From: Squatina squatina
Lineage: Eukaryota
Assembly (NCBI GenBank): GCA_031763465.1
Contig: JARFOE010000168.1
Coordinates: 8,447,137-8,480,048 of the forward strand
DNA length: 32,912 bases
Direction of reading: 5' to 3'
Shown here: one piece after another, positions 21,801 to 32,274 of the stretch
Position numbering within the stretch: position 1 is the stretch's first letter
Layout of the letters: the number at the start of each line of letters is the position of its first letter
Notes under the pieces: generated by a model
The model's input: the letters and a program-made list of their open reading frames with translations, nothing else
Told to the model about the DNA's origin: nothing
Database searches by the model: none
Translations under genes and position numbers: made by a program

Positions 21801-23145
21801 GTGTTTGGTCCACCCACTGTGGTTTCTGGGTTGCCATGGTTTCCATTGTGAGGTCAGGTTACATAACACCTCAGTTGTGATGTGGCCCTGGGTCATGTGC
21901 CCATATAAGTCTTGTCCGTTGTTTGTGGCAGTTTAAGGTGTGTGGTGGGTGGTGGGGGTAAAGGCCCAGACCCGAGATACAGACCATACGGACAAGGCAA
22001 CATTTGTAACCTTTGGCAGCCATGTTGGATTGAGCAGCTGTTTGTTCCTAATAAAGAACCAGTGCACCCCAGGCTCTCAAATTACATGTGACAAAAGGTG
22101 CAGAAACGGGGGTGTAGGACAGACATTTCTAGCAGAATTGCCCCCAAATTTGGATATTCATCTGACTCAAATCAATTTTGGATACACTAGAAATAANNNN
22201 NNNNNNNNNNNNNNNNNNNNNNNNNNNNNNNNNNNNNNNNNNNNNNNNNNNNNNNNNNNNNNNNNNNNNNNNNNNNNNNNNNNNNNNNNNNNNNNNATAT
22301 AAGGCAAGTATGATTTGAACAGATGCCATTTGTATGAAGGATTATTTTAAACCTAGAATCTTCTGAGTGGAGTCTCTATACAATACTGGTTTAGCAGACA
22401 TTTTGAAACTGTAGTGTTGGCTTCTGTGTTGCTCTGATCTGCTGTTTTCTTTCAGATCGAGAAAGACTTGAACTTGGCTGGCTTTGGAAAACACGTGAAG
22501 TGCAGGGTGCAAAACACAATAGTAGGACTTGAACCTTAAGCCTTTCTCCCACGTAAAGCTTAGCATTTAGGTATTTAAAAAGCACGCACATTTGAAAGTT
22601 GGGAAATGTGGGGAAGCAGCATGATGTCATTGTCCAATGGTTGGAGTGGGCAGCGGGAGAGGGATAGAGAAAAATCTTTAACCCTTTCTTTGGCATATGC
22701 TTGTTAGGTTTGGGGAAGTTGCTTTTGAAATTGTTAAAATTTCAGTGTGATAAGCTGATTTGTGAAAGAGAAAAGTATCTAACTCAAACTTGAATGGTTT
22801 AACCCTTTTTCCATTCATTGCTAAATTTTAAATGGTTCAAAAGTATAATTAATCCCAACTAATAATTTGGAATGAAAGAAATATTACTGTTACTTTGGTT
22901 TGCTTTTTGAAAAGTTTGCCAACATGTTTTTTTCCTGTCATTGTTACTGGTGAAAAAGATCATTGGAAGAGCTAGCTTTGACTAAGGTTATAAGAGACCT
23001 CCAGACTCTCAATTTCCAAACAATCCTTCACTATCTTCTTCCCATCACTAATTCATTTTTAGCCTTTTATTCACAGAATAGCTTTAATCTAGATCATCTT
23101 ATACTTAGTGGCAGCTGGGGGGAGAAGTTCATCAGATAACATGCT

Positions 23146-23802
23146 NNNNNNNNNNNNNNNNNNNNNNNNNNNNNNNNNNNNNNNNNNNNNNNNNNNNNNN
23201 NNNNNNNNNNNNNNNNNNNNNNNNNNNNNNNNNNNNNNNNNNNNNNNNNNNNNNNNNNNNNNNNNNNNNNNNNNNNNNNNNNNNNNNNNNNNNNNNNNNN
23301 NNNNNNNNNNNNNNNNNNNNNNNNNNNNNNNNNNNNNNNNNNNNNNNNNNNNNNNNNNNNNNNNNNNNNNNNNNNNNNNNNNNNNNNNNNNNNNNNNNNN
23401 NNNNNNNNNNNNNNNNNNNNNNNNNNNNNNNNNNNNNNNNNNNNNNNNNNNNNNNNNNNNNNNNNNNNNNNNNNNNNNNNNNNNNNNNNNNNNNNNNNNN
23501 NNNNNNNNNNNNNNNNNNNNNNNNNNNNNNNNNNNNNNNNNNNNNNNNNNNNNNNNNNNNNNNNNNNNNNNNNNNNNNNNNNNNNNNNNNNNNNNNNNNN
23601 NNNNNNNNNNNNNNNNNNNNNNNNNNNNNNNNNNNNNNNNNNNNNNNNNNNNNNNNNNNNNNNNNNNNNNNNNNNNNNNNNNNNNNNNNNNNNNNNNNNN
23701 NNNNNNNNNNNNNNNNNNNNNNNNNNNNNNNNNNNNNNNNNNNNNNNNNNNNNNNNNNNNNNNNNNNNNNNNNNNNNNNNNNNNNNNNNNNNNNNNNNNN
23801 NN
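23146..23802. other. 657-N assembly gap (the only gap that is not about 100 N)
   Basis: Direct count of the N run; the other 22 gaps are ~100 N. Confidence 0.97.
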
Positions 23803-25639
23803 TGGAGCCAGGAGTTTTTCCTCTAAGGGTAAATATAAGTTACTGAACAGAAAATTTCAGAATTGTTATTTTCAATATAAAATCCATTTCAATTAGTAGA
23901 GCTATATAAATGTTATTTCAGTGATAAAGTTCCTTTGGCCCACAGTTTCATGGATTGTTCAAATTTTGAATGGAAGAAGGTTAAACATCTGAATTGAGCT
24001 AAACCAAGAATTAACCCCACTGATTGCTAATTAGTTCAGGCATTCGCCAAAGTTTAAGATGTGCTTAGTATTTGTGAGCTGTGAATTTTTTTTTCTTTTG
24101 TTGGCCTGCTCTATAATATTTGCCATTTAGCTCATTATGCAGTTTAATTACTGGAAGGGAGTGGCCATCTTATTCCCATCAATAACAGAAGTTTAATTTT
24201 CTAAAGGCATTACTAACTTAATTATAATAATACCAGGGCTCAAAGTACTATGTATTTGTCACATCTCTTACCCGCCCAGTGCAAGTGCAAACTGAGCATT
24301 TTCAGCCTTTCTCCATACTCATGCATTGATAACAGGCCTGGATTCACCAAATAATGCCCATAGCCAATACAGGGCATCCTGGTTCAGCATAAGAAACAAT
24401 CACAGTACATACAAACCAAGTTTGACTTGACTGCACTTACACAAATGTTCTGCTAATGTTGGATATATTGAGAATTATGTTAGACAAGCTTTTACGGTTG
24501 GGATGTCCTGAAATTTACATATACTGATATCTGCTTATATATGCAACTGTTACTTTGTTGCTTTTTCCAGTATGATAATTATTCATCACAATAGTCAAGG
24601 ATAAACCTGGCATATCAAAAAAAAGTTATGACCATATAGTCTTTTATTGGGACTAACGTTTTCAGCAAAAAGTTCTAAATTTGAGTGATTCCAGTAAATT
24701 GTTATGGTTTACTCTTAATGGTATTTTGCAATATTGATATGATGCAAAAAGTAATCAGATTATCAAAGTATTAAGTCATATCATGACATCCCTATTGGAT
24801 TGTTTTGCCACATGCCCATTCTTGGTCCCATGTAAAAAGGTAGCCCATTAGAATGAAATTCATGTCTACTCTTTGTTTCACAGCGAATATCTCTGATATG
24901 ATAACCCTTCTCTGATCCAAAGTACCATCAATAAATAATAGTCTACTAAAGTTCCACTTGGGCTATGTGCCTTCACAACAAGTTTTGTTTATTTGTTCAC
25001 CTCAGCTTTTAGCTAACAGGTCCCACCAAATTCATGAACTCAGTCATTGCTGTTAATGGACTGAACAGCAAGTCTTCAGCTAGTAATTTTGAGCCCTTTA
25101 TGATGATGGGGAAGAAATGTCTACATTGATCCAAAATCCAGAAATGTATTGCTTGTCCACAACCTTTCAGGTAGACCAAGTTACATTATACTTAAGCAGA
25201 CCTTCACTTCCTTTTTTTAAACTGAGGAATGCATTATGCCAGCAGTGTAGTATTTTGCTCAGGGTTTTCTCCTCCTTACCAAACCAAAATGTCCTGTAGA
25301 GATGTTNNNNNNNNNNNNNNNNNNNNNNNNNNNNNNNNNNNNNNNNNNNNNNNNNNNNNNNNNNNNNNNNNNNNNNNNNNNNNNNNNNNNNNNNNNNNNN
25401 NNNNNNAACCACTTAGCGGCAGCCTCTGTCCTCCGCTCTCCTCTCCGACTCCTGGAATGGTCCTTGTATCATAGTAATTTAATTTTCAATATATTAAACT
25501 TGCAGAAGGAGGCACAACCTGCATGTTTTTGCCTTTTATAAGTTATTTCATATAGCATTGTATAGTGGCTCTAAATAGCAAAGAATAGGGACTGAAGAGG
25601 TGTGGAAGAGATTTAGTGGATTTAGCCCCTCGATAGCAA

Positions 25640-25800
25640 TTTCCGTCCTCCCTCTCCGCTTAAGGGCACTTAGAACAACTGTAGGATCCAACTGCTGCCC
25701 CAACTGACATCAGCTAACTTGTGACAGATTGGGAATCAAACCTAAGAACTAGGGTCTATATGGTTCTGTAGGACATTGGATTTTATTCCCTCAGTTGTTT
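25640..25800 (-). mobile_element. Decayed SINE-like repeat (same family as 7880-8160 and 11230-11430)
   Basis: Reverse complement contains GAACCATATAGACC...AGGTTTGATTCCC (B-box-like)...AGTTAGCTGATGTCAG...AGTGCCCTTAAG..GAGAGGGAGG. Confidence 0.5.
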
Positions 25801-26184
25801 TAAAATCCGTAAACTGGTTATGGTCTTGGATTTCGCGGGTCTGCTTATTCAGTACCTGCAAAACAAAGCATTGGTTTAAATAGCTGGCTTTTAGTTAAAT
25901 CTTAAAAATTATATTACAGCAAAGCTGTTTCTTAAGGAGTGGATAGAAAATTTCAGTAACCATGAATCATTATTGCTGGTGGTATTGAGAGGGGAGTCAA
26001 ATACACTGCTGAGATTAGTAATAACATTTTAGCACGAAAAATAAATTGCACTCTACATCAAAATGGTTTAAAACCCACAAAAAAAACCTTTGAACCCTAA
26101 ACATGAAGGTTTTCCTGTTAATAATCATAAAGCCATTCAGTAACAGCAGCATTTTCATTAAGGACTTCAATTATTGTTCCATAG

Positions 26185-26282
26185 GCACCACTACTATGCT
26201 TGCTGGCTTCTCCTTTTTGGATTTCTCCTTGACCTGGCTGATGGAGCTGTTGCTAGACAACTTAATGCGTGTTCTGCTCTTG
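26185..26282 (+). CDS. TMEM269: TMEM269 internal exon (98 bp, phase 2-1): HHYYACWLLLFGFLLDLADGAVARQLNACSAL(G)
   Basis: ttgttccatag| acceptor and G|gtaagt donor. The peptide aligns with recalled human TMEM269 (HYASRMLLVSFLLDMAVRAMTSHINICSKLG); frame continues into the next exon. Confidence 0.9.
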
Positions 26283-26433
26283 GTAAGTTAAGACTTCAAC
26301 AGGCATGCAGACCTTTCAACAATACTGNNNNNNNNNNNNNNNNNNNNNNNNNNNNNNNNNNNNNNNNNNNNNNNNNNNNNNNNNNNNNNNNNNNNNNNNN
26401 NNNNNNNNNNNNNNNNNNNNNNNNNNNTTACAG

Positions 26434-26577
26434 GAGCCAAGTTGGATGATTTTGCAGATTTCACAACATTTGGAATTGCAACCTCACTGTTGCTTCAGGC
26501 CCATGGCATACTAGACAGTGTGTTTGTCATCTGCTATGTGATGGCTGTGTTTGCACGCCTCTGCTTTTTTTCTAGTG
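26434..26577 (+). CDS. TMEM269: TMEM269 internal exon (144 bp, phase 1-1): (G)AKLDDFADFTTFGIATSLLLQAHGILDSVFVICYVMAVFARLCFFSS(G)
   Basis: ttacag| acceptor, G|gtaaga donor, open hydrophobic frame not shown in the ORF track. Matches recalled human AELNDFAVFTTFGLASALLL...LCFYS. Confidence 0.92.
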
Positions 26578-27336
26578 GTAAGAATTCACTTTCTTTGGTC
26601 TATGAATAGTGAGGGATTACTGTTGGTACTGAGAATTCAAATATTTTCCTAGTTTACATGGGTCATATGCAATGCCAGTGGCTGATATTTTTCACATAAA
26701 AATCACCAAATAGAGTTTATTTCAACTACTAGAAGATATTTAATTGTTTGTGCTGTCATGGTACATGATTGAGCTCTAGTAGTGTCATGAAGTAGCACAA
26801 CGCAGGTTAATCTTGCACTCTGCAGAGTTCCCAGCTGCACGGCAGTGAGGAAGCATTGCATCAGGGTTAGAAGGGAAAGTTGTTACATGACACTAACTGT
26901 TGCACACTTCTAAGGTTCTGACTCGAGAGTAATATAAGGCAAGTCCTGGCCGTAAGTCACTCATCCTCTCATCCTTTTGGTAGCAAGAGACTAATGGTTT
27001 ATTGTTGCTGCTTTAATTGAGTTTCTTACCCTGCATGGCACATTACAAAAAAAATATACTGCAACAAACAGAGGGGCAGAGTGCAACAAAATATTTGTGA
27101 TCATGAAATAAATGGGAAGGCGGTCTTTATACCTGTTACCCAAATGTCCATGTTTTGTACTCTTGCAAATGCCATTTTAGCGCCCCTGCCTGCATTTTGT
27201 TTTTCCTTAAATTGTTTAAATAAAAGTAGCAATTTTGAAAACTCATCCTTTAGTCTGTCTGCCCCAGAATTCTAGCTGTTGATATTAGTGATTTCCAGGA
27301 TGACATTAAGGTCTATCGGTACTAATTTTCTTTTAG

Positions 27337-27532
27337 GAATCCCATTCGTCTACCGTGGCCTACCATGTCCTTATGCCTCAGCCATCCTAGCCAGCACCTC
27401 TCTCTTGACTGGAGGCAATCGCTTCCTCCTGTATATTGTTGCAGTAGTGATGATCCTCTTCATGACTGACCAAGGCAACTACCCTCATGACAAAGTCCTG
27501 GAGTCACAGCTCTGGAAAAAAGCAGTTTTCAC
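27337..27532 (+). CDS. TMEM269: TMEM269 exon truncated by a gap: (G)IPFVYRGLPCPYASAILASTSLLTGGNRFLLYIVAVVMILFMTDQGNYPHDKVLESQLWKKAVF
   Basis: actaattttcttttag| branch point and acceptor; phase compatible with the previous exon. Near-identical to recalled human GLPCPYASCILASTSLLTKGNRF...MILFMMDQSYYPYDKILES..WKK. Confidence 0.93.
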
Positions 27533-27914
27533 NNNNNNNNNNNNNNNNNNNNNNNNNNNNNNNNNNNNNNNNNNNNNNNNNNNNNNNNNNNNNNNNNNNN
27601 NNNNNNNNNNNNNNNNNNNNNNNNNNNNNNNNCAGTTGTAGTTGAGAGTTCAGAATCTAAATCACTGACACACAGACAAATTAGCATATGTGACATGTCA
27701 CTGGCATGTTTGACCACCTTCGACTGATGGCTTGAACCAGTCTACAAATCGTAACTAGTCCAGAAGGAAATAAGTAGCTGTCCTGCAAAAGACAGTGGTA
27801 TCCAGAATCTATACAGTACCCATTCCCATTGCGCACCCATATTACATCTCAGTGACTTGGATCCGACTGAACTGTGTCCCTGCCTTCCCAGCTGAACAGC
27901 TTTCGTGTACTCAC

Positions 27915-28132
27915 ATGTCACTCTTCTCTGTGATTGGCCGCTTCATGATCCTCTCCGGTGCGAGCCATTTAATGGGAACCTGGACTGCTTTGTGGGACGA
28001 GAGAGTTCCGTTTCTGTAAACATTGAAAGCCAGACTCAGGCCAGCGAGCTTAACAGTCAGATCTTCATGGATCAGAATATTCCGGGCAGCAACATCCCCA
28101 TGGATTAGTCTGTGCTTTGTAGTCAGATAATC
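27915..28132 (-). CDS. STYK1/NOK-like tyrosine kinase, catalytic-loop exon (218 bp, phase 0-2)
   Basis: Minus strand ggaacag|DYLTTKHRLIHGDVAARNILIHEDLTVKLAGLSLAFNVYRNGTLSSHKAVQVPIKWLAPERIMKRPITEKSD(AT)|gtgagt. HGDVAARNIL, absent DFG and KWLAPER are STYK1-family hallmarks; the phase-2 intron after SD is typical of tyrosine kinases. Symbol withheld because it may be a paralog. Confidence 0.92.
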
Positions 28133-29278
28133 CTGTTCCAAATGGACAGACAGGTTGAATAGTGTTTTGGATGCACAGTGTTTAAAGTCTTATTCAACTG
28201 GGTTTTAATAAGAATGCAACTGCGATTCTGTTGAAGAAACTGAATAACAGTTAATCTGCGGATGACACCAAGAGGTGGAATTTCTATTCCCTCTCAGTGA
28301 CCAGCTTATAGCAGTTATTTCATCAAAAAACTCCAGCTATCACATAAACAACCAAGATACTAAAGAGGTTTTGTCCCAGAAAACCTTACGCTAACTAATT
28401 CTGAAACTATTGTAAGCTATAATAATGATATACAAATTGTCAGTGGATTTATTCTATTAATCTGACTCAGTCACAACAGCTTCATATTTCTGCATAAACA
28501 GAACAAATAGAATGGAGAAACATTTTTTGGAAGGCAGAAAAGAAATACGAAATGACATTTCTGTAAATGTTTCTTATCAATTTTTCCCCCACTCCCCCCA
28601 AAATACGGCAGTTCTCTCCTCAGGTGAATTGACCGACAACTTAATGCAACTGGGACTAGAATCTGAACTCTGATCATCTCGCCAAGTTCAGTGGGCTGTA
28701 ATCCTGGCAGATGTCACAGCAAGAGACATTTTGTGGTCTCCGAGCAACTCAATGTCACCCAGTGCACCGACATGATGCCAAAAGTATCTAGGTTGCTCTC
28801 TGGGGATACAACCACACTGCCAAAGTGCAACTATTCTGATTTTTTTCCTGGAGATTTCCCTTCTATTCAGAAATACAACAAATAATTGGACAAATTGGAC
28901 TTCCTCCATTAACATAACCGTACATAGCCCATGATTGAAGGAGGATATATTACATGATCCATAAATGTAAAGGGTAAATCAGAATATGGAAACTGTCGAG
29001 ACATCTCCTGCATCTGTAGAAAGCAAAATCCTTGCCAGAATTCCTTTAAAGTGGCATTAATTATTGGCCTCTTATCCAAAATGCAATGCAGCTTCACTCC
29101 ATTCAGGATTAAAGGTCAAAAACCCAAGAGAAGTGCTCAGAAATTCAATCTCATTTCACCATATTCACTGATCTAACCAAGGCCTTGGGTGTCAAGAACA
29201 GAGTCAAGTCAAGCTTTGGATGCCCTCGTGTGAGCAGTAGTATCTGAATTATTTTACCATAACTCAGCAAAGATGCAA

Positions 29279-29504
29279 CGATTCCTGACTCCGAGTGTGT
29301 CCGATCCCTGACCCCGAGGGAATGCGATCCCTGAACCCGGATGATCCGATCCCTGACCCCAGAGGCTCCGATCGCTGACCCCGAGGGAGTCTGTTCCCTG
29401 ATCCCGGTGTTCCGATCCCTGATCCCGGAGGAGCCTGACCCCTGCACCCAGGGGAGCCCTATCCTTGACCCCGGGGCTCCGATCCCCGACCCCGGGTGAG
29501 TCTG
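29279..29504. repeat. GC-rich degenerate minisatellite, 21-24-bp unit, about 10 copies
   Basis: Recurring core CGATCCCTGACCCC followed by variable GAGGGA/GGATGA/AGAGGC tails; runs into a gap. Confidence 0.9.
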
Positions 29505-29604
29505 NNNNNNNNNNNNNNNNNNNNNNNNNNNNNNNNNNNNNNNNNNNNNNNNNNNNNNNNNNNNNNNNNNNNNNNNNNNNNNNNNNNNNNNNNNNNNNNN
29601 NNNN

Positions 29605-29733
29605 ACTTCAAGGAGAAAAAATTGGAGGGATATGGGGAAAGAGCGGGGGAGTGGGACTCACTGGATTGTTCTTCGAAAGAGCTGGCAGAGATTTACTGGA
29701 CTGAAGGGTCTGTCTGTGCTGTACTGTTCTATG
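29605..29733 (+). mobile_element. CR1 LINE 3' end fragment
   Basis: GAGGGATATGGGGAAAGAGCGGGGGAGTGGGACT...AAAGAGCTGGCA...GGACTGAAGGGTCT...TGTGCTGTACTGTTCTATG; resembles the tail at ~1550-1660. Confidence 0.8.
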
Positions 29734-30040
29734 GTAAGGATGGAGTAGCATTTTACTCATTCACAGTTGACCCAGGTGTCAACATGCAGACCCATTACTA
29801 CATGTTCACATTGTAAGATTCCAAAATCATACAATTTCCCTTCAAGAATTCCTTTCCACGGTTCCTATCACAACCAAACTGTGATTACTCCTACCCTCCT
29901 GAAAAAGCGAAGTTCTTTATTTTAGGTACACGATACTGAAAATTGGCCCTAGGCCCTCAGGAGGAGAAGATGACTACAAAAGCTCCAGCATTTGTTAATA
30001 CACCACATCAGCCAGTCTATCGGGTAATAGAATCACCTAC

Positions 30041-30181
30041 CTTGCAGTTGTATGACTGGAGCACGCTCCCTCTCTTGTTTCATTTTACAAGTCTTCCATA
30101 TGACTATGGTGATCAGAACCACTGATGAGACACCGAGGATCACTGGGATGATGATAATCCCATTGTTTATACCATTCACAT
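30041..30181 (-). CDS. STYK1-like kinase transmembrane exon (141 bp, phase 1-1): VNGINNGIIIIPVILGVSSVVLITIVIWKTCKMKQERERAPVIQLQ
   Basis: Minus strand cctcttcccctctcag| ... CAAG|gtaggt. Open frame with a ~21-aa hydrophobic helix followed by basic residues; IIIIP...VIW pattern like recalled STYK1 (VIIVPTLL...VILW). Same strand and upstream of the kinase exon; absent from the ORF track. Confidence 0.8.
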
Positions 30182-31681
30182 CTGAGAGGGGAAGAGGAGA
30201 CAGATGTCGATTGTGTTACTCCCCTTGTGGTAAAACCTCCAACAGACGACCTCAGAAACCTCCAATAAACTAAATAAATCTTCTGTGATGTTGATACTTG
30301 TGAATTAGAATGGTTTGGTACAACATAGTATCGAGGAACACTCCATCATCTCTGCCCCACCAATACCAGTGTGACNNNNNNNNNNNNNNNNNNNNNNNNN
30401 NNNNNNNNNNNNNNNNNNNNNNNNNNNNNNNNNNNNNNNNNNNNNNNNNNNNNNNNNNNNNNNNNNNNNNNNNNNTCATGTGCCGAGTCCTGGGATGTAG
30501 ACTAGCATTTGACTGCACCGTGACACTGTATGTCGGACACTAAACCAGATGGTGGTTGTTAGGCATTAAATTACAGAGTCTCCGTGGTTCAGTGAGACTG
30601 AGGAGGCAACACATCAGGGTTTCCAAGGGGACAGTGACACATCTGAGCTCCAGGGAGGTAGCATAGTAAGGTGAAAGAATCTGGGCTGCTGTCATTAGAA
30701 GTTTAATAAAATTGAGATGCAAAACTTACTTTAAAATTCCCCATGCTGGAACATGTTAATCTTCAGTTCGGTTTGTCGGAGGCTGCCAACCGGTAATTAA
30801 GAGCCTGCATGAAGCACCTCCCCCCAAGGGTTAACTTGGCAGAATCACTAAATAATGTCACTTGATGGAAATCATTGGGCATTGATTTCCAATTAAGAGC
30901 TGCCAACTGCTCACGGGCCGGGTGAACTGTCAGCGATATGCGTTCTGTTCACACTACTTGGATACCAGCAGGTAAAAGTTAAATAATTAGGGATTTAGTA
31001 AAGAGCGGGTACAGAGGGAAATGTTTTTTTGTGGTCTCATGCTCTGTAAGCAGAAGTGAAACAGACTGCTGATATCATCCACAAGCAAGTCTGTGCACAC
31101 TGGCCCCACTGAGTGTACAACTAACAATCTCAACGGCATTTTACAATTTGGGATGGAACCATTTCATAGTTAACAATTTTATAACTGTCTCAGTTAATTA
31201 TTTACCCACCCCAGAGGATATTCTGTTATGTGAGACATGCACACAGGTAGATCCGGCCAGTGGAGCAGTGAGCACCTTCAGCCCTCACACCTCAAAAAAA
31301 GATCACATCTTATTTTCTATAACCATCTGTTCTTTTATTTGGTACAGTAAAGGTAAGCAATATAACAATTCTAGTGGATTTATCAAGATAGCATTCTTAC
31401 CACAGCATTTCTACAACAAACGCAATTTGCACAACCCTTTTAACAGGATTTGGAAAAACCTATTTCAGCACACTTTGAATTCTTTTCCAAGCAAAAGGCC
31501 GTATCAAAAAACAAAACAGTAAAATGTATTAAATCAAGAAGCATTGCATTTATTTACAGCACTTCAGTGGTCCTAGTACAANNNNNNNNNNNNNNNNNNN
31601 NNNNNNNNNNNNNNNNNNNNNNNNNNNNNNNNNNNNNNNNNNNNNNNNNNNNNNNNNNNNNNNNNNNNNNNNNNNNNNNNN

Positions 31682-31812
31682 TGGGCGCTAAATCCGCCAC
31701 CCCGTTTTTAAAAAAAACTCCCTTTCGCCCGTTTTCTGCCCCTCCTGCGCCGGTTGACTGGCAACGCGCATGCGCGCAGGACTGCAGCCATTGGATCCTG
31801 TTTGCGCAATGG
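31682..31812. promoter_or_regulatory. CpG-rich block with NRF1, CCAAT and C/EBP consensus sites (promoter-like, or transposon interior)
   Basis: CGCGCATGCGCG (31765-31776), ATTGG (31790-31794), TTGCGCAA (31802-31809); high CpG density against a CpG-poor background. Function is inference only. Confidence 0.3.
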
Positions 31813-31831
31813 GAGTTCATTTTTTTAAAAC

Positions 31832-32274
31832 AAGACTTGCATTTGTATAGCGCCTTTCACGTCCCAAAGTGCTTTACAGCTAATGAAGTACTTTCAAAGT
31901 GTAGTCACTGTTGTAATATGGGAAATGCGGCAGCCAGTTTGCACACAAGCAAGGTCCCACCAACAGCAATGTGATAATGACCGGATAATCAGTTTTTGTT
32001 TTGTTGATCGCGGGATAAATATTGACCAGTACACTCCCTCTCTTTTCGAAATAGTGCCATGGGATCTTGTACGTCCACGTCCACCTTTGAGGGCCAATGG
32101 GGCCTTGGTTTAACATCTCATCCGAAAGACAGCACCTCCAGCAGAACAGTACTCCCTCAGCGCTGCATTTGAGTGTCAACCTAGAGTTTTGTGCTCAAGT
32201 CTCTGGAGTGGGACTTGAACCACAACCTTCTGACTCAGAGCCGAGAGAACAACCGACTGAGCCATGGTTCACAC
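31832..32274 (-). mobile_element. Near full-length tRNA-derived DeuSINE (SacSINE1-like)
   Basis: Minus strand: Pol III A box TGGCTCAGTCGG (32264-32253), B box GGTTCAAGTCC (32221-32211), Deu domain AAGATCCCATGGCACTATTTCGAAAAGAGAGGGAGT..TGGTCAATATTTATCCC, and LINE-type tail GTGAAAGGCGCTATACAAATGCAAGTCTT. Confidence 0.9.

Noticed and set aside
23108-23896. 262-aa ORF and the other ORFs containing X runs
   Set aside because: They are open only because N gaps contain no stop codons.
26185-27532. Bacterial pssA contamination or recent horizontal transfer
   Set aside because: The gene has spliceosomal GT-AG introns with consistent phases and closely matches vertebrate TMEM269.
28688-29013. Additional STYK1-like exon after the acceptor TTTTGCTTTCTACAG (minus strand)
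   Set aside because: All three frames stop within about 35 codons and show no kinase motifs.
29151-29447. 98-aa repetitive ORF (GIRDR/GVRDR repeats)
   Set aside because: Translation of the GC-rich minisatellite; variable unit lengths do not preserve frame.
32200-32274. tRNA gene
   Set aside because: A and B boxes are the head of a DeuSINE continuous with the Deu domain and LINE-type tail; no intact acceptor stem.
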